A DNA stretch of 64,000 bases from Macrostomum hystrix. Its lineage: Eukaryota; Animalia; Platyhelminthes. The stretch lies in NCBI GenBank assembly GCA_950097015.1, contig CATNEN010000001.1:25172001-25236000 (forward strand), written 5' to 3'. Shown one piece after another: positions 39,408 to 54,152 of this stretch (the stretch's first letter is position 1; each line of letters starts with the position of its first letter). The position numbers and the translations under genes are program-made. Below the pieces are notes generated by a model. It searched no databases. It saw only the letters and a program-made list of their open reading frames with translations, and was not told the origin of the DNA.

Positions 39408-40539
39408 GAGATTTAGAAAAAAGAAAAATGTGGGTATTTAAAATCCCATATTTAATATATGGCAGATACTTATATTATTTTGTTAATCCTTTATTGCGCC
39501 CACAGTTGAATCAACGTTTGCAAAGTTCCTGACAACATCCGTGCCGAGCATCAAGGTCGCCGCAAGCATCCTCAGCCACAGCGGCTGGCTCACCAGAGGT
39601 CTGATCGAGTGCACCGAAGCCTGCAGGGTCAGTCCGGACTGCCAGGGCTGCGCCTTCGTGCCATCCAGCCGCCTGTGCCATCTGCTGAGATTCGTTGCTG
39701 TACCAGCTGAAGTGGCCAACGAAGCGGAGTGGATTTGGGTCAAGCTGTGAGGCTCAAGAGTTGCCATTCAACTTTTAAGCCTGATTTATTGCTTTGACAA
39801 ATTTCACGGCTCATCGAGCTCATTAAACACAATTGAACTTTTGAGTACTTAGCTTTTGACCTCAGAACTTGACTATAGATACTTGACTGCACTTTTCCGT
39901 ACGCTATTATGATTTACAGGACTTTTCTGTGCTTTGAAGTACTGTAATTTAGTTAGGTTGACCTTTTTATCGAGTCTATTGACTGATATTTATTGCTTTT
40001 AAATAGGCTTTGTGGGGGATAAAGCGACATTTGATTCTTGATAAGCCTTTGATAAACCTTCACCCGTGCTCTCCCTGTCATCACCTCTCGTTCGATCCGG
40101 CACCGCGGCGGCAGCTTCGCTTCTCACTCACCACTTACGCCACTAACTTCCTCAACGTGCACCAGCCGCTCTTCTGCCCTTCAGTGGGTCCGCTGTCTGT
40201 CTGCCAGCTCTCCAAAGCCCTCCACACTGCGTACGTACAAAAACGCTGGATCGGCAACTAAACCGGGTCCTCGGCACGCCTCCGCCAATGATTGACGCGT
40301 CAGAGACTCAACTGCCGCAGACACACTGACTGAATATACCAATCTACACTCTATTTTATCACCCTAAATCCATGCACCCAATGTGCTGTCGCTTATCGTT
40401 TCAAGCTTTGAAATATAAATTGCCCGCACTCAGCAGCGTGGGGCTCTGAGATAATTTTCGTCTCTCGCGCACTAACATCGACAGTCTAGAATTATTTCAG
40501 AGGCAAATTAACGAATTTAATAGCTTCATGCTTCACAGC

Positions 40540-43400
<2,861 letters not shown>

Positions 43401-43640
43401 GGCACCATGCCGCGACACTGTCTGGTGGCCAAGAATCGATCGCCGCACTCTATTCTACTGTCTGCAGCAGAACGGCGGAGTTGAAAGATTCAATTGTTTT
43501 TTAAGTCTTTGCTTCAAACTCTACTCGCCGACGGCGTACCATGCAGGAGCTGCTGCTGGCGAATCGGTCATCGAAGCACGCACTCATCAGAGACGCCGGT
43601 CGAACTGATACTGGATCGGTAATCCACTTTAATGACGCAT

Positions 43641-43957
43641 TTACTGGATGCCATCTTTATCCAGTCGCAGCCGCATCTCCCTGCAAAGCAGAAGAAATCA
43701 AATGCGAAATTCTCATCGCACACAAACAGGCAGCAGTTTCAGACAAGCTCATTTTTACTCAGCCTCAAATTCGCTGCATCGGCAAAGTGTTGGGGTCGAC
43801 AAAGCACTGCGGCATGAGAAATGCCAATTCTCAGTGCTGCCAATGTGGCACACACAAATCTGTGCACTGGCCATTGGAGATTTGCTGATTGCATATTTGC
43901 GAATCTCCAAGTTAAGGGAAGTGAAATCTCAGCCAATCAGAATATTGGGGAAGTGAA
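43641..43957 (-). repeat. Inverted copy of ankyrin-kinase intron 2 (3' part) and exon 3 start
   Basis: Reverse complement of 43665-43883 matches ~48275-48477; reverse complement of 43900-43957 matches 47708-47766. Confidence 0.88.
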
Positions 43958-44349
43958 ACTGACATAAACACATCGATCATTAATCGATCAATCGGTGTCA
44001 CGAGTTGCGTGGGATCGATATTCACAGAGTGCAAGTTCGAGTGCAAGTTACTTTTTCCAAGTGAAGGTTCACCGGCATCGAAAATTCAAACTAACTGTTT
44101 TGAAAGAGAAACTCTAAACTGTTGTTGCGTTGATTATTTTACCGTCGTTTTGTTAAATACATTTACGCCCATGCACAACTGTCTTTGATCGAGTCATCAG
44201 CGTTAAGCAACCCCAGTTATTGCCTTATGTGAAGCAATGAAATATCTATGGTCAAAAGTGGGTTTTGAAAGCCTTTAAAGCCAGAAGCTGAAGCTACGAG
44301 CGTAAATATGGTTTAGCTGCGTTTTATACTCCACTCATCTGCCGCTCCA

Positions 44350-45845
44350 TTGAAACGAACCATGATCTACGAGGCTTCTACTGGTGTGCCAATAGGTCTT
44401 CTGCACATGTCGCACGGCGACGTTGTCGGCGCTTCTGCCACCGAGATTAGCGAGCGCATTCAACGCGAGGAGGTTATGCAGGACATGATTGATGATCTAG
44501 CCCAGCTGGATTGTGGCGCACTGGAGGAGCTTTTGTGCGGAGAGGATACAGAGCAAGTTCTTCTCAATGAAATGGATCTGATGCAGTTTGACAACACACC
44601 GAAATCCGTTCTGAAGCAAGAGCAATGGGCAGTTCGAAAATTTCAAGAGGTGCTCTCAAGCAAGAACTACTCCGTCAATCTCGAGACTGCCGACATCCAA
44701 CAGTTGGTTACTGCTCTGCGCATATTCTACGCTTTTATGCGCAAGGTCGACGGTGGATACTATGCCCCTGCCTCTCTGGTTACCGCTCGCGCCGGTTTGT
44801 ACCGCTATTTACTTCGCGTACGTGGATTAAACATAATTGAAGATCAACGCTTTGTGAAGGCCAACCTACAACTGAAAGCTACAGCTGCCAAGTTCATCCA
44901 GGAAGGTGGCTCGGTGAAGCAGTTTTGTGCAGTCGAGAAAGCAGACCTAGAGAAATTGCGCGTCTACTTTGACAGGAGTACACCGGTAAAATTACAACAG
45001 GAAATATACTTTGTGTTGGCATTTCACTTTGGACTGCGAGGTCGGGAATGGTTCCGTAAGCTGACGGTAGATTCCATTCAGAGATGTACAATCGATGGGC
45101 GACGCGCATTTAGACTGGCACCTATGGAGACCAAAATGTCCGTGGAAGTTTAGAGACGCGGACTTCAGAAGATCGAAAGCAGAGCGTGCTTGTTGAAACG
45201 TTTGAAAGCAGATGTCCCTATGAGTGCGTGGATCTCTACCTGAAGAAGATCGAAGAGGCAAAGAGCAGAGAAGGGGTGCCAAGCTCTTTGCTGTTCCTAC
45301 ATCCTAGATTGCGAGGGCTAGCCGACTCCTGGTATTTCGCTAAGCAGGTACTCGGCGTCAACACACTCGGAAAATTGATGCGTGTCATCTCAGAAGCGGC
45401 CAAACTAAGCAAAACCTATACTGGGCATTGTCTTCGTGTTACATTGGCAACCGAGTTGAATGCGGCTGGAGTCTCCCTGCGGGATATCAGCGCAGTTACG
45501 GGACACAAAAGCGAGAGCTCAGTGGAAAGGTACATTCGGCACAGCAGAAAGCGCGATGGGGAGATGGTTGCACTGTCGACAACAATCAGTTCCATCGGAG
45601 GGACTAAAATCGCTGCTACAGAGTCGCCCGATGGAGCCCGGCGTGTGACTACGGTCGGCTCTGATGACTCCGAGCTGGTACCAGCCGATACGCAGTTAGC
45701 GAACAGTGCACAGACTGCTGATACTGAGCAGCGAATAGCCGTCGTCGGGCGCAGTTTGGAGACGCAGCAGACGCTTCTGCGATTTCTGGTGCTTTCTACA
45801 ACTGCCAATTTCACGTACACATTAGTAATAAGACATGAGGCATAA
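44350..45845 (+). mobile_element. Crypton-type (DUF3504-like) tyrosine recombinase with one frameshift at ~45133-45136
   Basis: FYAFMRKVDGGYYAPASL, FHFGLRGRE (catalytic R), TK[N] (K), RCP..YL, WY...LGVNTL, TGHCLR (HxxR), TGHKS (H), VERY (Y). One extra A in ACCAAAATG joins both ORFs (TKNVRGSLE...SVLVETF). Confidence 0.88.
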
Positions 45846-46809
45846 GAAATAGGTAACTGAGGCATACTGCCTTAACTGCTGTTGCTTCTAATGCTGCTTT
45901 TATTGCTTACATTATACGTTATGCAGTGCTAAATATAGCTTTGAATATCTGGCCTCTAGCGTTTGTTTCGGCCATAGACATTTGAATCGTGCAACAATCA
46001 GGCTTGATTGGTATACCTCTAAAAACCCCTCCAAAATGATACAATAAACTATTGTTGCTATGGTTTAGCATTCTAACAATGGACGCCACGAGTGATCTTT
46101 GCTTATTGTTTACCGATTGTACCATATGAATAATCTCCCATTGTTACATAGCATATGATTTGCATACTAGCAACGCTTCACTGAAAAGTTGATTTTTAAA
46201 GATGTTTCGCAAATTTAACCATAGACTATTGGTTTGATGTGTTGAGTTAAATTTTGGAATTAAAAAAAGCAGAACATTTTGAATTTTTAACTATAATAAC
46301 GCGTTTAACAAGACAATTAATAATGCCAATAAAAATTAATGACTGTTTGTTTCCCTCTTGTACCAAATGAATAATCCCCATTGTAAGATATGTTTTATTT
46401 CCTTGGCCGATACTAAAGTTAACTCTGCACACCAATCGAAATGTTTCATTAAAAGTTATCGTTCTCTAATTATAATATACATCTATCTATAGATCCATCT
46501 ATCATCATTTAAATCAACGTCTGTTTTGTCCCCGCGACAGTGATTTTATTGGTCTAGCTATAGTTATAATTCTAATTTACATATTTCTCACGGCTGCAGC
46601 AGCGCTCCACTCTACTGCTCTGTGAGTAGACACCAAGGAGCACGATTCGAGATCGCTCAAAGGATAAAGCAGCAACACTGGCACGCCAGTTGCCATGACA
46701 ACCATTTCGAGCATAAAAGCTGTCTCCGAGCTGCAGCGAGCCAGATGTGGAATAGCAGTCTGCTCACCTTGAGCAGTGCTCAATCTAATCTCTGACTCCA
46801 ATCAGACCG

Positions 46810-49800
46810 ATGGCTGCTCCAGGCGCAATTGAGGACCAGGTGAGGGATCGCAGTGCTCAAATATTGACTGAACCTGCCTACTGACTGTCGCATTGCTGAC
46901 TCTCAGTTGCAGAGAGTCGCCCAGCTGGTCATTCATGGCGACTTTAATCAGGTGCGGCTGGTGGCAAGCACCAATGAGAGGGGATCGAACATCCTGATGC
47001 TGGTGGCCGACGCTCCAGAGACTCCCGTGGAGGCTGAGAAGTGCGTATTGTACTTGGTTGACGAGCTTGGCGCGGATCCGGGAGCGCGTGACGGGGCGGG
47101 CGACACGGCAGCGCATGTGGCTGCCAGACGGAACCACCTGCGGCTGCTGGCGCTGCTGCCGTTCGATGCGAAGTGGCTGCAGAACAAGCGCGGCGCGACA
47201 CCGCTGATGGAGGCAGCTCGGGCCGGCAGCTGGCGAACCGCGAAACACCTGCTGCATCTGCTGAGGCAGTGGAGGTATAATGAGTATGAGGTGCACGGCA
47301 ACTCGAAGAGGGATCAGCTGCTCGGCCTGCAGGACAGCGAAGGTCGAACCGCGCTCGACCTGGCGAGGCAGGGCGGCCACTCAGAGCTGGCCAGCTACAT
47401 TGAGCGGTGAGTGATCAGTTCGCTGCTGTACCCGATTCGCAGCATTGCAGCTGGGGTGGCCTGAGCATTGGTCTCAGCCCAGCCAATCAGAGCCAGTCAG
47501 CTGAAGCCACTGTTGTTTGCATGGCCCAATGGGATTTCATTTCGGTGCAGTCGCTTTTGCATTTCTAGTTTAGCAACTCGAGCTAACTAATAAATCGATT
47601 GGAGATCAGTCAAATGGGAACTTGTCAATCTGGGAAAGCATTAGAGATGCAGGGGAATTTTCTGCATGCAACTGAATTCCCCATGTGTTTATGCTCCCAT
47701 AGGCATATTCACTTCCCTAATATTCTGATTGGCTGAGATTTCACTTCCCTTAACTTGGAGATTCGCTGAAGTGCTCAGAGAAATGCCTGCTGAATGTTCA
47801 GCTGCCTAAGTTTCAGCCCACAGCCTTCAGCTGCCTCAGTTCCAGAGCACAGCCTTCAGCTGCCTCAGATTGCCCGTAGTAGGCGATAGTACAGTGCGAG
47901 GTACCTTTCTTGCAAACTTGCATGAGTTATCGAATTAACATTAGCGAGTCAGACGGTAAGGCCTATGAGGCCTAAAACTCCAAAACCCAGGTCTGCAGAA
48001 AATCAAAATTTGCGAGGCATATATAGCACTTGTACGCATACTGCGCAAGTACCAAATAACGCTGAAAACTGAACAAATATCTATATAAATAAAGCTTGAA
48101 ATGACAATCAAAAATAAAAGACTGATATTGCGGTTGCGTGGAATCAGCCAAAGACGCAAAATTCAGCCAGCGTTCTGAAAAATGTGCACAAAATGAAAAT
48201 AGTGCAACCTTCTGTCTTGTTTAGTAGTCCTTGATGCATCGATAACTTCACAAAGAGCGAACCCCGGAACGTCAAAATCTCCAACGGCCAGTACCACATT
48301 GGCAGCACTGAGAACTGGCATTTCTCATGCCGCAGTGCTTTGTCGACCCCAACACTTTGCTGATGCAGCGAATTTGAGGCTGAGTAAAACTGAGCTTGTC
48401 TGAAACTGCTGCCTGTTTGTGCGCGATGAGAATTTCGCATTTGATTTCTTCTGCTTTGCAGGGAGATGCGGCTGCGAGTAGATGGAAATGGCTACATCTC
48501 CGGCCTGACAGCCTCGGTGAGTGGCATCTTTGGTGCCGATGTGGGTGCAGATGAGCAGATATGCTCAAATTCTCCACTCGCCTTTGCAGGAGGAGGCAGA
48601 GCGAAAGGAACTGCAGCGACTGGCCAAGGTGGGCGACTCGGCGGGGTTGCAGAGAGCGGCGACCCGTGACAACTGCGACCTGCCGTACATTTTTGGTCGG
48701 ACAGCGTTAATGTGGGCAGCTGGGAACATCCAGTGCTCTGACGGAGCTCTGTGGCAGCATCTGCTGCAGCTCGGGGACCCCACCTGTGCTGTTGCTGATG
48801 CTGAAAGTTGCGTGCACTGTGCAGCCGAGGCTGGCAATTCTGCCGCAGTCTCCCAACTGCTCCATGCCGGAGCCTCCGCCAACGCCAGAGGTTGGAGGCA
48901 ATCCACGCCTCTCATGGAGGCAGCCTCGGCGCCCCCCGCCACCGCCGCCGCAGTCGGTCGGGCTCTGCTGGCCGCAGGGTCGGACTGGAGCCTGAAGAAC
49001 AGAAGTGACAAGACTGCGCTGGATTTGGCCACAGAGAAGGAAAATAGCGAACTGGCCGAGCTGCTGCGTGGGTGAGTTGCCAGGGCGACTGATAATGTGT
49101 TTGAGGCTTGCATTATCGCACTGAGTGGGTACGATCAGCGGGCGTAGCTGTTCTCTGTGCGCAGCGGGCGGTCGAGTTCGCCCTTTGTGATGATCGCTGT
49201 GTCTGCATGATGAAGCGAATATGCCCCTCCGTGCTGCTAGCTGCAGTTGAAGACCTATTAGCCATGGTCATGCTGAGTACTGTGTCTCCCCTTACTTATT
49301 TAAACAAGTGGTAAGCGTTAAGCCGAAACAAAGGGCGGATGTTAAGTGTGAGGTTCGAATTCAGAGCAATAGGGGATGACATCTCCAATCTGAAGACAAG
49401 CTCCTGAAAACGGCAGGGTTGCTGCCACCTTGGTCAGAAGGGTCTATTGTCTCGTAAGATTTCTCTCGCCTTAGACATATAAAATAATTAACACAAGAAA
49501 GTCGAGACTCGGAGACAAGTTGTCTGTGGACAAGTTCCGCACAGATAAGAACGCTGCGAACGTGGTGTTAAAGTCCAACATGCGAGACCTCAAGGAATTA
49601 CCTTTGTCCAATGGTTAACCTCCAGAGTTAAACGATTCTAACGCACAAATGAGTATCTTGTCTAAGAGATTTCCTGAAGCCTATGGAGGTTGTTGGTCTA
49701 CTTTTATCCAAAAGATTCTCCTGAAGCTAAACTTAAACTTAAATGTAGGAAACTCTGAACCTCGAATGCCGATAAGGAAACGCTTGTCTAAGCGTAACCT

Positions 49801-51379
49801 TAAGTTCTAAAGGCATCGCTTATCCAAACAAAATCTTGGCTTCCTATTAGCTGGGTGAAAACATTAATCCACGTAACTTGTAGATCTCGTGGGCTTAGTT
49901 CTCTGGAAATCCGTGGGCGTGCCAATTGCAATGCAAAAACCATGGAAATAATGGCCACAGTGCTCCTAATACAGAACCCTTAGGACTCAAACTCATTACT
50001 AATGTCCAATCGGGAAACTAGACTAAACCTGACAGCGGCGATTGCTCGCTAGACAACGAGTGCGAGCTAGATGCTAAGCCTAGTAACTAGCGACTCATTA
50101 CATGAGTCATGTACTTCCTTCAAGGTGCTGTGAAATGCATTGTTCTCATTGCTAGCCAGAATCTAAGACACCTACAAGTCATGTCGCTTTTTCAGCGACT
50201 TGACTTTGAAGTTAGTGTTGATATTATATTATAATATGATTGAGTTGTTTAACGTTCCATTGTGCACTCTTTGACAATCTCCACTTCCACCAACCAATGC
50301 CCATGCAGGTACGAAGGCAAGGAGTACTTTGAAAAGCCGTGAGTACATACATTGCTGCTGCTTTTATTGCATTTCTGCTCTCTGCAATCTGCAGCTCTTC
50401 TGCCCACCTGCCGCTTGCTTTCATCAGCCACTTAAACTTCCTCAGGCTTCTCATTGAGCGCTGGGATTCCGTCAAACTCATCGGCAGGGGAGGCTCCGGC
50501 GATGTCCACGAAGTGCTCACGGACAAGGGCATCAGGTGCGCTGCGAAGACTCTCAGACTGCCAGTGCAGCTCGGCGACCTGGAGCCTTTAAAGGGAAAGG
50601 AGATCGACAAGTTTATTGAGGGCGAGAAGAACCTGTGCCAGCTGCGGCACCCCAACATCGTCAGCTTCTTGCACATCGCTCAGCCTGAGTATGCGACAGT
50701 TGTTGTGTTCATGGAGCTGCTGGATGGCTGCAGCCTGGAGAGATTTCTCGACTCCAAGCCGCTGGACGAAGAAGCCATTCGACAGTTCAGCGAGCAGGTG
50801 AAATTTGAGCAGGCTGCTCATGAGTGATGCAGTGAGTTGACTTTTTAGCGTCAGCCGACACCAGTTCCTCAACCCACCCACCTGCAGATCTGCAGCGCGC
50901 TGCACTACCTGCACAGCCGACAGCCGCCTGTGATCCACAGAGACATCAACTGCAGCAACATCATTGTGCTCGGTGACAACAGGCGAGTCAAGCTGATCGA
51001 CTTCGGCCTGTCAATCAAGCTGGAAGTGTCTGTCAGCCACCTCACAGCCTCCACTGCCACACCGAAGGGCACTCTGAACTTCATGGCGCCAGAGCTGCTG
51101 GCACCAGACGATGAAGGCTACCCGCGGTACAGCAGAGAGTCGGACATCTGGGCGTTCGGCTGCTCAGTCTTCCAGATGGCCACGGGAGGCAGGCCCTACT
51201 CAAACGCCAGACACTATTACCACGTGGCTCAGAAGCTGGAGAAGGACGGAGCCCCCGCCCTGCCTGACGGCTGCTCGGCGGAGCTGCGGGACTTCTACAG
51301 CCGCTGCACCGCCCGAGACCGCAAGGAGAGAAAGTCAGCAGAGGAGCTGTGCCTTCACGGCTTCCTGCTGCGACGGTGA
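46810..51379 (+). CDS. Ankyrin-repeat protein with C-terminal STE/MAP3K-like Ser/Thr kinase; exons 46810-46839, 46907-47406, 48462-48516, 48590-49071, 50446-50797, 50888-51379
   Basis: ANK motifs (GDTAAHVAA, GATPLMEAA, GRTALDLA, GRTALMWAA, STPLMEAA, KTALDLA); kinase GRGGSG, AAK, E, HPNIV, HRDINCSN, DFG, GTLNFMAPE, SDIWAFG. All five introns are GT-AG with compatible phases (0,2,0,2,0). Confidence 0.83.
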
Positions 51380-54152
51380 CCAAGCTGGCAGACAGACTGG
51401 CTGACACTGATAGACCCCCTCACATTTGTAAACTTCTGAACCTTCTTCAGTAATGTAAATATTTGCTGGATAATTTTTACGGATTTAAAGCTTATTCAAG
51501 TACATGAGCTTCTCCAATCTCTGCCTGCTATAGTTTAATCCTGGACAACCTGACTAAACTGCATGACTCTTGTATAACCAGCCTGCATCTGTATGACTCT
51601 TATGACCAGTGCTTATATGTCCAGCTGCATGACTGCCAAGTATGACATATATTTGTCCGTCAGTTTTATTTGTCAGTGAAATATCGCATAAAACAGATTT
51701 GTTTATAGTAACTACACAGTTACTAGTAGTAAATAGCCAGCCATAGTATACCTGGCCTATTTCACCTAGTTCAGCACATTCTGAAACTTGTTCATTCCTC
51801 TTTGCTTGGACGGCTTTCTCCGGCAGGGCAGGGGGGCTGCCAGGAGCCACGCACAATCGGACAGAATGTGCGGGACAGCCTGAGCAGAGTTCTGTGAGAC
51901 AGATAAGTAACCGTGCCTTGATAAACTGATTGAACGCTAAGATTTGAGCTGCTGTGCTCACTCGCTGTGCTCACTATCTGAGGCACTCTTATCACTCTGC
52001 ATTTCTCTGAAGGCTCGCTTGACACCTGCACCAACCTCTTACCTGTGCGTCCAAAAAGCTGATTTGCCACCTTTACCGCTGTGTGCGGCCAGGGCAGCTC
52101 AGGGCAGAGTCGAGGCTGAGCTGGGGGAGATCAGGTCTGGCCAGTTTGACACGGTGCTGACAATAGAAGGCATTGTAATAAGCAATGATGCCTGTAGTTA
52201 TGCGTGACTACTGAAATTCTCATTCCACGGAGCTGGGGTGGGTGACTGCCCATGCCGCTCATCTTAGAAATACGATCTCGTGTTGGGCCGTAGACTTTGT
52301 TGTCGACTATGGCGTTAACACTTTTTTGTTCCGGTCAGTGAAGTCGCGCAGTTTTTTGTCTATGGCCCGTCTCATATTTTTATTTTGTTGTCCCCACCCC
52401 AACTCCCCAACCTCCCGGCTGGTCTGGTCGGGGTATGGGGTGAGCCTCTGGGCATGGACTTCTATAAATAGCATCTGTCTCTGTCTTATCCTAGCTACCC
52501 GTTAGCGTTTGCGACCTAATTGTCTCATTCACGTACTTGCTCCCCCTGTGCGCGTGCTGGGCGTTCACGTCATCGGCGATGAGGAGCTCGAACCTGCGCC
52601 CTTTGGCGTAGTCAACCAAAGGGCTAAGGTGTCGCTGGTCACAGGATTCTCGCCCGGGAAATAGGCAGATGCGACCAGTGCAGTTTTATTTTTAATAAGT
52701 TGATGATCGCTTGGATAACACAGATGTGCTCGGTCGATAGATCGGGTCTCATCCATGCTTCCAGAAATTTTGCAGCAAGGATCAAGGATCTAGGGCGGGT
52801 TCGAGGGTCCGCCAGTGAGATTACAGTGTGTACAGGACAGGGCACCAAACCCGAGCTATCCAACGTAGGACTCGTCCCTGGGTAAAATTTTTTTGTAGAA
52901 AAAGCCTTCCTTCAGCTGTCTCCATGTAGAGCACGCGAGTTAGAACGTTTTTCCATGTAAAATATTTTAATTCCATGAGTATACTGAGGCAAGTGAGTTC
53001 GTTCTGCAAAAAAACATTATCTTTAAGTTCTTAAAATGTCTTCATTTGATATTCTTCTATGGCTTATAAAATAAAATAGCATGCAAATAGCATGCAGACG
53101 GCCTTGAGTTGAGTTGTAAATTGGCTAGCAGACTAATCAAGGTGAGTGCTCTGTGCTGGTCTGCGGTTTCTGGCTCTGTGCACCTCTGCTTTTGAGGAGA
53201 TAACAGGAGATAAGTCTTGGAGCAATCGCTGCGAAAGCAAAGCCCACAGGGACATTGAGCGCAATATGCTTCACAAGCCGCCCTCCAGCTGGGGTTACCA
53301 TGGCAACACATCGCTAATCACCGCATGCGGCTTGGAGCTCAGACATGTTATTTTAAGCTCAAACGCACTGCTGCTACTCACAGTAGAGTGCCGTGGAAAC
53401 ATGACCGAAAATTGCCTCCTTGGTTCCCTTTCGCTTTTTCCTCTTCAGCTCTTCTCGGAGGAAGCTTAAAGCATGGGAGCTTGAAAAAGTCGAGATCTCA
53501 GCTTTTTGTTGTTTGTCTCCCACTTGGTTTGTTACCTGAGACGTCAAATATATATTGAAAGTACAGGCCCATCATGGCCTATACTAATGTTTGAAGCCGG
53601 ATGAAAAAATGCAAGACGAAATAGAAGTTACTTTTTGTGAAATTGATTTACTCAAACTTGGGCAGGCCGGCCTCACAGACGAAATTGAAGTTACTAACGC
53701 CAGCCATAGAGTCACCGGGCGAAATTGAAGTTGCTTAGTTTGAAATAGAAGTTGAAAATAATAAAAATTATTTAACACTGAGAACCCCAAAACTGTTTGT
53801 GAGCATCAACCAGCTGAATGCTTTAATTTCGTTTCGATCTTCTCTTTCATTTTATTCCTAAATCAGTCATTACTATTGCAAATTCACTGCAATATCTTTT
53901 TCTCTACTTACAGTAGTATTATTTGCGTCACTTTACAACGAGTTCAATGAAGAAGCTACTTGTTTACTTAATGCATAAAAAAGAAAAACAACATGCCTAA
54001 GTGCTACAATTTAAACCGCAAAAATATCGCTCGTGGGAAGTTTCAGCGATGCGGTCGATGGAGACAGAGTTCTTTAAAAAAATAATAAACTGAAAAAAAC
54101 TCAAATCGAATGCGATCCGTTGTTACATCTAGCTCTACGTTGAAAGTCAGAA

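Larger units (their letters stand above)
38353..39750 (+). pseudogene. Signal peptide + WSC domain + PAN-like domain gene (exons 38353-39037, 39506-39750), interrupted by an 83-bp quadruplication
   Basis: YAGCYFD...MTLEKCSQICA...YFGTQYRSFCCCG...CNAKCAGSQICGG...NSVY is a WSC domain; IECTEACRVSPDCQG...CHL is PAN-like. Translation from ATG 38353 hits TAG in repeat copy 2. Confidence 0.72.

Noticed and set aside
44350-45845. Bacterial or phage integrase (contamination or prophage)
   Set aside because: Motifs match eukaryotic Crypton/DUF3504 recombinases and the flanks are intron-containing animal genes; no phage genes nearby.
49330-50090. Possible retroelement relic in ANK-kinase intron 4
   Set aside because: No recognisable ORF, LTR, TIR or TSD could be established by eye.
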